Shown here in pieces: positions 18,431 to 27,329 of a DNA stretch of 64,000 nucleotides (position 1 is its first letter; the number at the start of each line of letters is the position of its first letter). The stretch lies in IMG/VR virus record IMGVR_UViG_3300046167_000825, positions 62,001 through 126,000 of that record. One strand, given 5' to 3'. Position numbers and translations under genes: made by a program. The notes under the pieces are model-generated. The model was not told the origin of the DNA. It saw nothing but the letters and a program-made list of their open reading frames with translations, and ran no database searches.

Positions 18431-19152
18431 AACTTATCTCTTTTAGGGGTGTGCGAACTACAAGTGATTTGAAGCAAGCCCTAGATTCTTTAGAGGCTCG
18501 TCTAGCGAAAGTCGGGGGAGTCCATTTGAAGATATCCTCTAGTGATGTTTCTCCTTTAGGTGGGTTGGGTCGTGAGATTCGTATGAACCTTGAGGGTGAC
18601 CACACCAAAGAGGAATTGATGTGCCTCTTATGGGGGAACGCCATACCTTGTGGGTTCACACCCATCGACCGTTATCCCAACTTGAACACCGACACGAAAA
18701 ATGTATTTCATTTTTATGGTGCTTGGCAGATATTGCTGGATAATCATTTGAAAGAAGGGCAAGGAGAGTTTGCTTTTTCATCCCTCGTCTGTGCTTGTCA
18801 GTGCGAACTAGGTGTGTGGGAGGGTGGTCGTGCCATAGAGAGAGCGATACAAGCCCATCTACACCGTCTTGGTTATTCTGTGGGTGCTATCACTGGTTCT
18901 ATCTCTGAACTAGACTTGAGGGCTTTCAATGCGTTGGGTTTGTCTAGCCTCCCTCTCGAAACCATTTTGAAAAGACTCACTTCATTTGAGAAGCCGAAGC
19001 CTAGCCCACAAGAAACCCAGACGGGACATCTTGTTTTACCCGATATTGAACATCAAGTGTATTCGTATGGTAATGTGGCAACGACTCAGACCACGAATGG
19101 TGCTTTGATTACAAAACGAGGCTACGGTAGGATAATTATAGATTTTCCTTGA
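18427..19152 (+). CDS. Hypothetical protein
   Basis: 241 aa ORF with ATGA coupling. Confidence 0.6.
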   Translation: MKLISFRGVRTTSDLKQALDSLEARLAKVGGVHLKISSSDVSPLGGLGREIRMNLEGDHTKEELMCLLWGNAIPCGFTPIDRYPNLNTDTKNVFHFYGAWQILLDNHLKEGQGEFAFSSLVCACQCELGVWEGGRAIERAIQAHLHRLGYSVGAITGSISELDLRAFNALGLSSLPLETILKRLTSFEKPKPSPQETQTGHLVLPDIEHQVYSYGNVATTQTTNGALITKRGYGRIIIDFP

Positions 19153-19155
19153 AAG

Positions 19156-19184
19156 GGATCGTGTCCTAGATTCTTTTCCGTATA
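19156..19184 (+). promoter_or_regulatory. Bipartite promoter motif GGATCG-N15-TCCGTATA
   Basis: Exact consensus, 32 nt before ATG 19217. Confidence 0.75.
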
Positions 19185-19216
19185 TGCCTCTGAAACTATT
19201 TAACCCAGAGGTATTT

Positions 19217-20821
19217 ATGGATGAGATATTGAAGAAAGCCTATACGAAGTTGCAGAAGGTTCGTGAGGACACAGAGTTGGAGATACGGAACTCCACTTAC
19301 ATAAAAGACAAGATTGTTCTGTTGGATGGTCGAGAAATCGACTTCAAGTTGAGGTATTATCAAGCCCAGATGGTGGTACATCTTCTGACAATGAGAAGAT
19401 TCGTGGTAGGGGATGACACGGGTTTGGGTAAAACTCTTGAGGCAATTGCTTCCCTTTGTTATTTGTGGGAGAAGAATCCAGCCAAAAAAGTGATTGTGAT
19501 GACAAACAAATCGGTGGTGGGTCAGTGGGCATCCGAGTTTGAGAAGTTCACGGAAGGTGTCACCACATATCAAATTAAAGGCACGAAGAAGAAGCGACAG
19601 AAGCAGTTGGATGAGTTTTGGTCACACGAGGACACCCCTTCAGTTGCTATTATGGGATATCGCAGTGCTTGCTCGGACTTTGAGATTCTCCAGCATTGGA
19701 CAGATTACAATATTGTGTTTGATGAAGCAACGGCATTTAAGACACCTACCACACAAGTACATCAAGTTTGTAAGCATCTTGCTAGTAATGCTGACCGTGC
19801 TTTCGGACTCACAGCAACCCTAATCAAGAACAATTTATTGGAGGGGTGGGGTATTTATAAGGTGATTGTCCCCGACCTCTTCACACCCCATAAGAACGCT
19901 TTCGTGAAGCAGTTCTGTGTGACTCGCTTACAGAAGATTAAAGGTGGTCGGAAGATACCTATTATTGTGGGTTATCGGAAACGGGATATCATGCGTTTCC
20001 GTGATATGATTGACCCCTTCTATCTCGGTCGACCCAAGCACTCTGTGGCATCTGAACTCCCCGTCTTAACCACAAAGAAACTTCGTGTTGGTATGACGAC
20101 ATTCCAACATCAGAAATACCAAGAAGCCTTGACGGGATTGCTAGAACTAGGGACTGGTGAGGAAAAGGAAGTCACGAAACTAACGGCTATTATCTACTGT
20201 CAAGAGATAGCCAATCACCCTTGTTTGATTGAGTGTGATGGTGCATCTGAGAAGTACAACACTTTGGAACAAATGCTGACAGAGGGTGGTGACCTTTATG
20301 GAGAGAAGGTCATTGTCTACACTCGTTTTCGCAAGTTGGTGGATCACTGCATCCCCCTACTTGAGAAGAAGAAGATTAAATGTGTTCGTGTGACTGGTTC
20401 AGAGAATGAGGATCAACGGAAGGACTCCCAAGACATATTCCAAAATCTGGAATCTGGAACGAATGTCATTTGGTTGACGGCTGCTGGTGGGGAAGCGATC
20501 AATCTCCAAAGTGCGAAGGCGATTATTTTCTATGATAGTCCTTGGAGTGCTGGAGATTACTTGCAAATACTCGGTCGCATGATCCGTATTGGTTCGCCCA
20601 ATGACCGTTGTTACGCCATCCATCTAGTCTGTGAAGACACAGTCGATGAGAGAGTGATGGATGTCTTGAGCCGAAAGATGAAACTCATTGAAAGTATCAT
20701 CGGAAAGCGATTAAAAGGTGAAGAGGGATCGGAAAATGATGAGAATACCGTAATAAAACAGACGAGTGAACTCGGAGATATTTTCTCAGCCCTCCAACAA
20801 GACGCAAGGAAGAAAAAATGA
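19217..20821 (+). CDS. SNF2-family (SF2) helicase/ATPase
   Basis: GDDTGLGKT, FDEAT, LTATLIKN, GGEAINLQ, QILGRMIRIG. GAGGT RBS before 19217. Confidence 0.9.
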   Translation: MDEILKKAYTKLQKVREDTELEIRNSTYIKDKIVLLDGREIDFKLRYYQAQMVVHLLTMRRFVVGDDTGLGKTLEAIASLCYLWEKNPAKKVIVMTNKSVVGQWASEFEKFTEGVTTYQIKGTKKKRQKQLDEFWSHEDTPSVAIMGYRSACSDFEILQHWTDYNIVFDEATAFKTPTTQVHQVCKHLASNADRAFGLTATLIKNNLLEGWGIYKVIVPDLFTPHKNAFVKQFCVTRLQKIKGGRKIPIIVGYRKRDIMRFRDMIDPFYLGRPKHSVASELPVLTTKKLRVGMTTFQHQKYQEALTGLLELGTGEEKEVTKLTAIIYCQEIANHPCLIECDGASEKYNTLEQMLTEGGDLYGEKVIVYTRFRKLVDHCIPLLEKKKIKCVRVTGSENEDQRKDSQDIFQNLESGTNVIWLTAAGGEAINLQSAKAIIFYDSPWSAGDYLQILGRMIRIGSPNDRCYAIHLVCEDTVDERVMDVLSRKMKLIESIIGKRLKGEEGSENDENTVIKQTSELGDIFSALQQDARKKK

Positions 20822-21579
20822 AACACCCCCACGCCAACCCAAAATGCAAGGCTTGTAAAGGAGAAGGCAAAATCCGTATCCAAACCAAGAATGCCCCTCC
20901 CAAAGAAAAGTTGTGTGACTGCACCATAGCCTCTCGTCTGCTGAAAAATGCTGACAATGGGTGGTACGGGGTATCCTCTGCACCAAAAGTGTCAGAAAGT
21001 CCTTTGTCGGAAGTTTTAGATAGCAATGTGTGGATGACTGCACCCATTGATTGGATGAAAGCCCATGTTCGTCACATTGCTATACGGAAACCGTTATCGT
21101 GGCGATACAAGGTCATCACCGATAAAGAGTTGATGGCTTCTTGGTTGGCGACTGCTGCTCTCGCTGGAGTTGATATCCTAGACAAAGAAGCGTACTCGGT
21201 CACGACTGCCAAACTGTCAATTGAGGATTTGGTTCAGCCGTATGATCTTGTTATTATTCGATTGGGTGTCAAAGCGGCAAGGAACTCGGCTATGCCAGAG
21301 GTATTATTGGAAGCCCTTGCTTTGAGAGATCACTTAGAACTCCCCACATGGGTGTGGGATCAGCCGAGCAGACCTTTACATGAGGGGCATCGGTGTTGGT
21401 CTATGCAAGTGCAAGTGGAACTCAATGCGTGGGCGAGAGTGAAGCACAATGGGATTGCGAGGGTATCCTCCCCATTGGTTGAGGATTTATCCGACACTTT
21501 GACCCCGAATAGACATCGCACCCAATCTTCAAATCGACCAAAAATAAGAACCTTATCATCATCTACGAGAAAGAAATGA
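20818..21579 (+). CDS. Degenerate DnaC/DnaI-like helicase loader with N-terminal Cys motif
   Basis: CKACKGEG...CDC. DLVIIRLG resembles Walker B DLLIIDDLG, and there is no Walker A. Lies directly upstream of dnaB. Confidence 0.5.
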   Translation: MKHPHANPKCKACKGEGKIRIQTKNAPPKEKLCDCTIASRLLKNADNGWYGVSSAPKVSESPLSEVLDSNVWMTAPIDWMKAHVRHIAIRKPLSWRYKVITDKELMASWLATAALAGVDILDKEAYSVTTAKLSIEDLVQPYDLVIIRLGVKAARNSAMPEVLLEALALRDHLELPTWVWDQPSRPLHEGHRCWSMQVQVELNAWARVKHNGIARVSSPLVEDLSDTLTPNRHRTQSSNRPKIRTLSSSTRKK

Positions 21580-23090
21580 AAACACTCTTACGATCAGCCT
21601 TTCAAGTACAATCCTCTGAATCCCTTGATTTCGCCTTACAGAACTACAACCTCATTCGGGGCTCTGGATTATCCTTTGACCTCCCCGAAGACACCACGAT
21701 ATGGAAGTACATTGTTGACTTTGTTCGTGACCACCAACATGTCCCCAATATAGGAACATTGCGAACACACTTTGACCGTATCCAAGAACATACCGTGGCA
21801 GATAGGCTTGAAATGTTGTCGATGGAGAAACCCAAAGTTCAAGGGGATTTCCGTGTTCACCTCAATGTGTTGGTGGAGGATAAACGCCTCAGAAAAATGA
21901 ATCAAATCCTAGCCGATGCCAAATCTATCTTGACAACGGGTATTCAAATCAAAGAGGGGAAAAAGACTAGAGTGATGAAAGGCCCAGTCGACTCAGTTCG
22001 CTTTATCCTTGACAACTCTCAAGAGGTTGTTGCACCCGTAACGGGAGAACGCTTATCGGGGGATGTCACAAGTGACGGTGTTGACTTTTGGGATGAGTAT
22101 GAACGAGTGGAGAGTGACCCTTTGGCTGGAATGGGGCAGTTCTGTGGGATTGAACAAATCGACACGGCTATTCGTGGTGCGAAGAAACAAGAGTTGTGGC
22201 TTCATGCCGCTTTCACGGGAGGGTTGAAGAGTACCTTCACTCTGAACTGGGCATACAACCAAGCCGTCTATTATAAGTTCAGTTCGTGCTTCTTCTCATT
22301 GGAAATGCCTTACAAACAAGTACGAAGAATCTTGTATGCCATGCACAGTGGTCACGAGAAGTTCGATAAAGTTCGCCCCAAAGGAAAAGGGGATGGTGTA
22401 ACGGTTCAAGGGATACAGTTCGGGGAACTCTCAGCCAAAGCAAGGAAGTTCGTGAAAGAGTATGTAGTTCCCGATTTCAATGACCCAGAGAACAACTATG
22501 GTTCAATATACATCGAAGTGGCTGACCCCGACAAGGAAGCCATTAAAGTCGCTGACATTCGTTCCCGTGCCGAAACCATATTCGCCAAGAACCCCTTCAA
22601 AATACTCTTTGTCGACCACGCTCTATTGGTTGCCCCCCGTAAGTGGGTGTCAAGCACCACAGAACGATTAAACGAGGTTCTGAGGGACTGTAAGCGAATG
22701 GCTATGAACTTCAATCGTGGTGAAGGTATGGCAGTGTTGTGTTTGTTTCAGATATCTCGTGAGGGATTTAAGAGTGCCATGAAGAAAGGGGAGAAAGACC
22801 CAGAGAAAAGAGGGGAGTATGATCTCACGATGTTGTCGTATGCAAATGAAGCCGAGCGAAGTTCGGATATTGTGACAGCGACTTGGGTGGATGATGACCT
22901 CCGAAAAGAGTCTTTGGTGAAGTTCCAGTGTTTGAAGACTCGTGATCACGCCCCCTTTGAGCGTTTCACGGCTAGTGTTCATTGGGAAACTAGGCGAGTG
23001 AAAACCCTTGACCCCAACGAACACGGGCTGAATGTTGAGGAAGTGGGTCAGAGTATAGACGATCAAATCGAAGCCGTTCTCCCCGTTTGA
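21576..23090 (+). CDS. dnaB: DnaB-like replicative helicase
   Basis: AFTGGLKS (H1), FSLEMP (H1a), ILFVDH (H2), FQISR (H3), EAERSSDIV (H4), KTRD. Confidence 0.88.
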   Translation: MKTLLRSAFQVQSSESLDFALQNYNLIRGSGLSFDLPEDTTIWKYIVDFVRDHQHVPNIGTLRTHFDRIQEHTVADRLEMLSMEKPKVQGDFRVHLNVLVEDKRLRKMNQILADAKSILTTGIQIKEGKKTRVMKGPVDSVRFILDNSQEVVAPVTGERLSGDVTSDGVDFWDEYERVESDPLAGMGQFCGIEQIDTAIRGAKKQELWLHAAFTGGLKSTFTLNWAYNQAVYYKFSSCFFSLEMPYKQVRRILYAMHSGHEKFDKVRPKGKGDGVTVQGIQFGELSAKARKFVKEYVVPDFNDPENNYGSIYIEVADPDKEAIKVADIRSRAETIFAKNPFKILFVDHALLVAPRKWVSSTTERLNEVLRDCKRMAMNFNRGEGMAVLCLFQISREGFKSAMKKGEKDPEKRGEYDLTMLSYANEAERSSDIVTATWVDDDLRKESLVKFQCLKTRDHAPFERFTASVHWETRRVKTLDPNEHGLNVEEVGQSIDDQIEAVLPV

Positions 23091-23118
23091 GGTCGTTCTG
23101 AGTGTGTGTTTCCGTATA
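23090..23118 (+). promoter_or_regulatory. Variant promoter motif AGGTCG-N15-TCCGTATA
   Basis: Exact -10 element, 30 nt before ATG 23149. Confidence 0.65.
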
Positions 23119-23148
23119 AGGTTCACACACTCAAACTTGGAGAGCACA

Positions 23149-23535
23149 ATGAGAGTAACATCATTCAAAAGTGGTAGTAAGCGTAAATCCAGTATGGAAT
23201 ATTACAAGGATATTTACCTCAATATAAATGGCACTGACACGAAAGTGGGGCTGATTGGTAAAACGGGGTGGGGGGAGTATCTGGAATACCGAGTGTACTT
23301 CTTCAAAAATGACTTTGATGTTGCAAGCAGATCGATGCGTTTGCTCCACCATAATATCAGCCACAATCTCACTCAAAACACATCCCCCAATAAAGATGAA
23401 TCTGTGATCTTGATGCAAACCTACGACAATCTTAAAGAAGCAAATGGCTATGCCAAACGAGTCTTCAAGGACACTAAGACATTAAAGACAGAAATGTTCA
23501 ATGTCTATCTTAAACTACTACAAGCACTTGGGTGA
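23149..23535 (+). CDS. Hypothetical protein, tandem paralogue A
   Basis: LEYRVYF...TLKTEMFNVYLKLLQALG. GGAG RBS. Confidence 0.65.
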   Translation: MRVTSFKSGSKRKSSMEYYKDIYLNINGTDTKVGLIGKTGWGEYLEYRVYFFKNDFDVASRSMRLLHHNISHNLTQNTSPNKDESVILMQTYDNLKEANGYAKRVFKDTKTLKTEMFNVYLKLLQALG

Positions 23536-23590
23536 GTCATGTTCCGAAAACACCCAGATCATATACTACAAACGGCAACGATAGGTCAAG

Positions 23591-23926
23591 TTGACCGACA
23601 TAGATTCGCAAATGCTGGGATCGATGGTGATATACCGAAAATGCCTAGATATCCAATGGCACACCAAAGACAAGAAATACCTCAAACTAGGTGCGTTGAC
23701 TCCCATCAAAATGGGGAAGGGACTCATTGAGTACCGTGTGTTTTATGTATGTCCCAATTATAAGATGGGGAGTTCCAATAACTCTCACGATGGTTGGATT
23801 CTCATGGATATCTTCCCTAGCGAAGAAGAAGCCAAGGAATACATACACAGTGTGTTTCACAGCAAAGAAACCTTAAAAGAAGAAATGTTTAATATATACA
23901 TCAAACTCCTACAACCAATTGGGTAA
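23591..23926 (+). CDS. Hypothetical protein, tandem paralogue B
   Basis: IEYRVFY...TLKEEMFNIYIKLLQPIG. Start uncertain. Confidence 0.6.
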   Translation: MTDIDSQMLGSMVIYRKCLDIQWHTKDKKYLKLGALTPIKMGKGLIEYRVFYVCPNYKMGSSNNSHDGWILMDIFPSEEEAKEYIHSVFHSKETLKEEMFNIYIKLLQPIG

Positions 23927-23934
23927 AGTGAAAA

Positions 23935-24177
23935 ATGCAACGATCTGAACACGAAATCAAGTTTATTAAAGAGTACTGCAAAAGGATGATGACGGTGGTG
24001 TGTGCTAACTACGCAAGAGAGCAAGCATATCCCCCCATCACCGAGCCGTACTTTTCTATGATGAAAGAGATGGGTTTATTGGGTAAGAAAGACCCCAATG
24101 CACCGACCGCAAAGGGTTGGAAGACTGCCACAACACAACTACGCAAAGGGGGTTCTATGCCCTACAGAGCCAAATAA
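23935..24177 (+). CDS. Hypothetical protein
   Basis: 80 aa, tiles with neighbours. Confidence 0.55.
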   Translation: MQRSEHEIKFIKEYCKRMMTVVCANYAREQAYPPITEPYFSMMKEMGLLGKKDPNAPTAKGWKTATTQLRKGGSMPYRAK

Positions 24178-24188
24178 GGAGAACTATT

Positions 24189-24758
24189 ATGGGTGGAAAC
24201 GGTTATTCAAGCGATGACAATCGCTCTATGCAACTCAACGACAATAACGACAGATACTATTCCTCACGAGGCATTGATCGTGACGATGATTATGACGATG
24301 ATGGAGATTATGGGGATTCTCTTTATGGTTCAAAGCCCGTAGCCGAGTTTAAGGGGTACATAGAGATTACTGAGTTCCTCCCCTACTTTGAGAGATGGAT
24401 TGAGAACCTAAAAATCAATACGGGTAAAGCATACGAAACCACAACTGTGTTCAAGGGTTTCACCACCAAAGGCTATGTTCCCTACTTTATCGGTTTCAAC
24501 TATTTCGATAAAGAGCAAGCCGTTACTTGGGGCTACTACCGAACTCGTGCTTTGATTGATTACTTGGCAGACAAGAACTTGGGCTGGACAATGTATCGGA
24601 GTGAGATCATTGAGTACAAGGTTGGGGATTGGAATAACTTTAATTATTCAGCCGAAAGGGTTTTGTGGGCGAACCACTTGATCTATAAGAAGAACGGATT
24701 GGATTTCCCAAACCTTGAAGAAGCCAAGAACATGTTCCTCACAGTACAAGAAGATTAA
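24189..24758 (+). CDS. Hypothetical protein with acidic N-terminal low-complexity region
   Basis: AAGGAG RBS before 24189. Confidence 0.6.
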   Translation: MGGNGYSSDDNRSMQLNDNNDRYYSSRGIDRDDDYDDDGDYGDSLYGSKPVAEFKGYIEITEFLPYFERWIENLKINTGKAYETTTVFKGFTTKGYVPYFIGFNYFDKEQAVTWGYYRTRALIDYLADKNLGWTMYRSEIIEYKVGDWNNFNYSAERVLWANHLIYKKNGLDFPNLEEAKNMFLTVQED

Positions 24759-24760
24759 AG

Positions 24761-25354
24761 ATGACTATACTATCCATAAATCAAGGGGATTGCTTGGAGC
24801 ATTTGACAACGATGCCAGACGGTTCTGTTGACAGTGTATTGTGTGATCCACCCTATGGGTTGAAGTTCTTCTCACACAACGGTGGGTTTGATAACATAGG
24901 GAACGCCACCCAACAGAAAGAATGGCATCGTGAATGGGTGACACACGCATATCGGCTGTTGAAACCCAACGGTGTTATCAAAGCCTTTTCTAGTCCACGA
25001 ACTCTGCACCATCTGTTGGCGATAATGGTGGAGATCGGCTTTGAGGTGTCCGTAGATTCTTGGTTGTATGTGTCTGGGCGACCAAAGACCATTGATGTGG
25101 CAAAGAGTATTACGGCTTACGAACTAACGGGTTCTTCCTATCAAGGGAAGTTCCACGAACTATCCAAAGGACACAAGAGGTCGAAACTAGACATAGACGA
25201 CTATGTGAATCGAGGGAAGTTCTTCACAAAGGGGCATCAAGAAACCCTAGATTTTGAACTAACCGAGAACGGTCAGAAATGGGATGGATGGCAGTACGGA
25301 TTGAAACCAGCATTTGAACCAATAATTATGGGCTATAAAGGAGCAAAACAATGA
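24761..25354 (+). CDS. N4/N6 DNA methyltransferase, N-terminal catalytic module only (N1)
   Basis: GDCLE, CDPPY, RLLKPNG, YVSGRPK, LKPAFEP. Stops without an FxGxG motif. Confidence 0.8.
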   Translation: MTILSINQGDCLEHLTTMPDGSVDSVLCDPPYGLKFFSHNGGFDNIGNATQQKEWHREWVTHAYRLLKPNGVIKAFSSPRTLHHLLAIMVEIGFEVSVDSWLYVSGRPKTIDVAKSITAYELTGSSYQGKFHELSKGHKRSKLDIDDYVNRGKFFTKGHQETLDFELTENGQKWDGWQYGLKPAFEPIIMGYKGAKQ

Positions 25355-27261
25355 CAACATTAACACTAATGAATGGCGATTGTGTCGCCAAGATGAAAGA
25401 GATGGCAGACGAATCTGTGGATGCTGTTCTGTGTGACCCCCCGTACGGACTGAAGTTCATGAACAAGGATTTCGATGATTTGGGTGAGGGGAAACAACAG
25501 AGAGAGTGGCATGTCCAATGGGTGAAAGAAGCCTTTCGAGTTCTGAAACCGAATGGGGTTATGAAAGCCTTTGGGGGAACTAGAACCTACCAACATCTTC
25601 TTGCAGCAATGGCAGAAGTGGGATTCTCTGTTGACCTTTCTGTCTGGGCATACGGATGTCTATCGGAAGACACCGAAATACTTACGGGCGAAGGGTGGGT
25701 TGAACAATCAAAACTCAATAATGGTTCTATGGTTGTGTCCTATTGTATAGACAAGGACACTTATCAAGTGCAAGCCGTTGAGGAGGTAGTTCGATATGAA
25801 TACAAGGATACCGCTTACAGAATACAATCAGATCATACAGACCAAATCGTGTCCCGAAACCATCGTTGCATTGTTGAACGAGAGGGAGAAAGAACTTTTC
25901 TTTTCGCAGAACACTTGCAAGCAAACGAAGTCGTACCCTTTGTGGAGAGTGTGTCGATACGAGGGTTGCGAAACGATCTTTCAAACGGATACAACACGGC
26001 ACGGGCTAAGAAAGAAACTCTGTTCGACCATTCGAGCACACTATCCGACAAAGACTTGCAAGGGGTGTCACAAGGAGTTTCAAACCAGAGAGAAAACAAC
26101 AAAGTATTGTTCGAGGGCATGTCGACCACCTACATGGGTGACGAAAGTATGCAAGGGGTGCAACAAAGAGTTTCAAACAAAGAGATCCTCACAGACTTGG
26201 TGCAAGCGAGAATGTATGACACTGCCGAAGATCACAAAAGAGTGTCAAGGTTGTGGGAAAGAGTTTCAAGTACCAGATGGGAAAGTGGGGCGAGCAAGGT
26301 TGTATTGCAAGCAAGAATGTCAGAGGAAACCAAAGGTGGAATTGACTTGTTATGTCTGCCAAAAGGTGATCCTAGTGAGAGCAAGAAGATTAGAGCGAGC
26401 AAAAAATCCAACTTGTTCAAGGCAGTGCAACGGAGTTCTGAGGGGCGAGGAATGGAAAGCACACGCTCACAAGGGGCGGGCGAACTGGTCACAAGAGAGC
26501 GAACAAGCCTTAGTGGAGAGAATGACGGGAAGCACCAACCCAGCGTGGAAGGGTGGGGTGACCTATCGCAATCGCAAGGGGAACTACATAACTCAGAGTA
26601 TCGCTTATGTGAGATGCCCAACCGAGTACACCTCAATGGCGAGGAAAGACGGGTATGTGATGGAACATCGTTTGAAAGTGGCACAAGCAGTTGGCAGACC
26701 ACTGACGAGAACCGAATGTGTTCATCACATCAATCACAACGCAGAGGACAATCGGTTGGAGAACTTGATGTTGTTCAAGAACAATCGGGATCACAAACTG
26801 TACGAAGCACATGGGAAACCCGAACCACTTTGGCAACCGTCACCCCAATAGAGTACGAGGGCATTGTATGGTGTGTGAAAGTACCAACGGGTGCTTTTGT
26901 CGCTAGACGGAATGGCAAGGTCTTTGTTACGGGGAACTCTGGCTTCCCAAAATCCCTGAATATAAGTAAGAAACTGGACTCAAGACATAAAGCCCGAACG
27001 GGTGAGGAAGGGGCTATCATTGGTTTCACGAAAGGAGTTGGTGGCGAGAACATCAATGATATCGTGGCTGGTAAAGAAGTGCGAACCACAGATGAAGAAG
27101 GTGGCAAAGGTGTGGGTGCTTACGGTACGGGTGCGAAGCAAGTAGCCGTTGATGTTCCCGTCAGAGAGTGGGTCACAGACGAAGCGAAGACTTGGGAAGG
27201 CTGGGGCACGTCTTTGAAGCCAGCCTTTGAGCCAGTGTGTGTAGGATACAAAAGAGTATGA
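25351..27261 (+). CDS. N4/N6 DNA methyltransferase N-terminal module (N2) containing an intein
   Basis: GDCVA, CDPPY, RVLKPNG, AYG|CLSEDTEILT...VFVTGN|SGFPKS, LKPAFEP. No FxGxG motif. Confidence 0.85.
   Translation: MTTLTLMNGDCVAKMKEMADESVDAVLCDPPYGLKFMNKDFDDLGEGKQQREWHVQWVKEAFRVLKPNGVMKAFGGTRTYQHLLAAMAEVGFSVDLSVWAYGCLSEDTEILTGEGWVEQSKLNNGSMVVSYCIDKDTYQVQAVEEVVRYEYKDTAYRIQSDHTDQIVSRNHRCIVEREGERTFLFAEHLQANEVVPFVESVSIRGLRNDLSNGYNTARAKKETLFDHSSTLSDKDLQGVSQGVSNQRENNKVLFEGMSTTYMGDESMQGVQQRVSNKEILTDLVQARMYDTAEDHKRVSRLWERVSSTRWESGASKVVLQARMSEETKGGIDLLCLPKGDPSESKKIRASKKSNLFKAVQRSSEGRGMESTRSQGAGELVTRERTSLSGENDGKHQPSVEGWGDLSQSQGELHNSEYRLCEMPNRVHLNGEERRVCDGTSFESGTSSWQTTDENRMCSSHQSQRRGQSVGELDVVQEQSGSQTVRSTWETRTTLATVTPIEYEGIVWCVKVPTGAFVARRNGKVFVTGNSGFPKSLNISKKLDSRHKARTGEEGAIIGFTKGVGGENINDIVAGKEVRTTDEEGGKGVGAYGTGAKQVAVDVPVREWVTDEAKTWEGWGTSLKPAFEPVCVGYKRV
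25781..25787 (+). promoter_or_regulatory. Internal Shine-Dalgarno AGGAGGT for the nested HNH ORF
   Basis: 8 nt before ATG 25796, encoded within intein codons. Confidence 0.7.
25796..26851 (+). CDS. HNH homing endonuclease with four CxxC...CxxxC Zn repeats, overprinted inside the intein in a different frame
   Basis: GYVMEHRL...VHHINHNAEDNRLENL (HNH_3-like), NPAWKGG, repeated CKGC.KEFQ...CSRAC, own RBS. Confidence 0.88.
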   Translation: MNTRIPLTEYNQIIQTKSCPETIVALLNEREKELFFSQNTCKQTKSYPLWRVCRYEGCETIFQTDTTRHGLRKKLCSTIRAHYPTKTCKGCHKEFQTREKTTKYCSRACRPPTWVTKVCKGCNKEFQTKRSSQTWCKRECMTLPKITKECQGCGKEFQVPDGKVGRARLYCKQECQRKPKVELTCYVCQKVILVRARRLERAKNPTCSRQCNGVLRGEEWKAHAHKGRANWSQESEQALVERMTGSTNPAWKGGVTYRNRKGNYITQSIAYVRCPTEYTSMARKDGYVMEHRLKVAQAVGRPLTRTECVHHINHNAEDNRLENLMLFKNNRDHKLYEAHGKPEPLWQPSPQ

Positions 27262-27329
27262 CTTTTCTTGCGAACCACTATTTTGTCTGCTACCCTAATA
27301 CAACCAACCAACAGCGAAAGGAGTTTGTT

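Larger units (their letters stand above)
25657..26937 (+). mobile_element. Intein (427 aa) inserted at YG|SGFPK
   Basis: Block A CLSEDTEILT, block B IVSRNHR, block F VWCVKVPTG, block G VTGN, then +1 Ser. Confidence 0.9.

Noticed and set aside
26232-26702. 156-aa minus-strand ORF inside the intein/HNH overlap (possible third coding layer)
   Set aside because: No RBS or recognisable motif. It is likely a by-product of the constraint on the two plus-strand frames.
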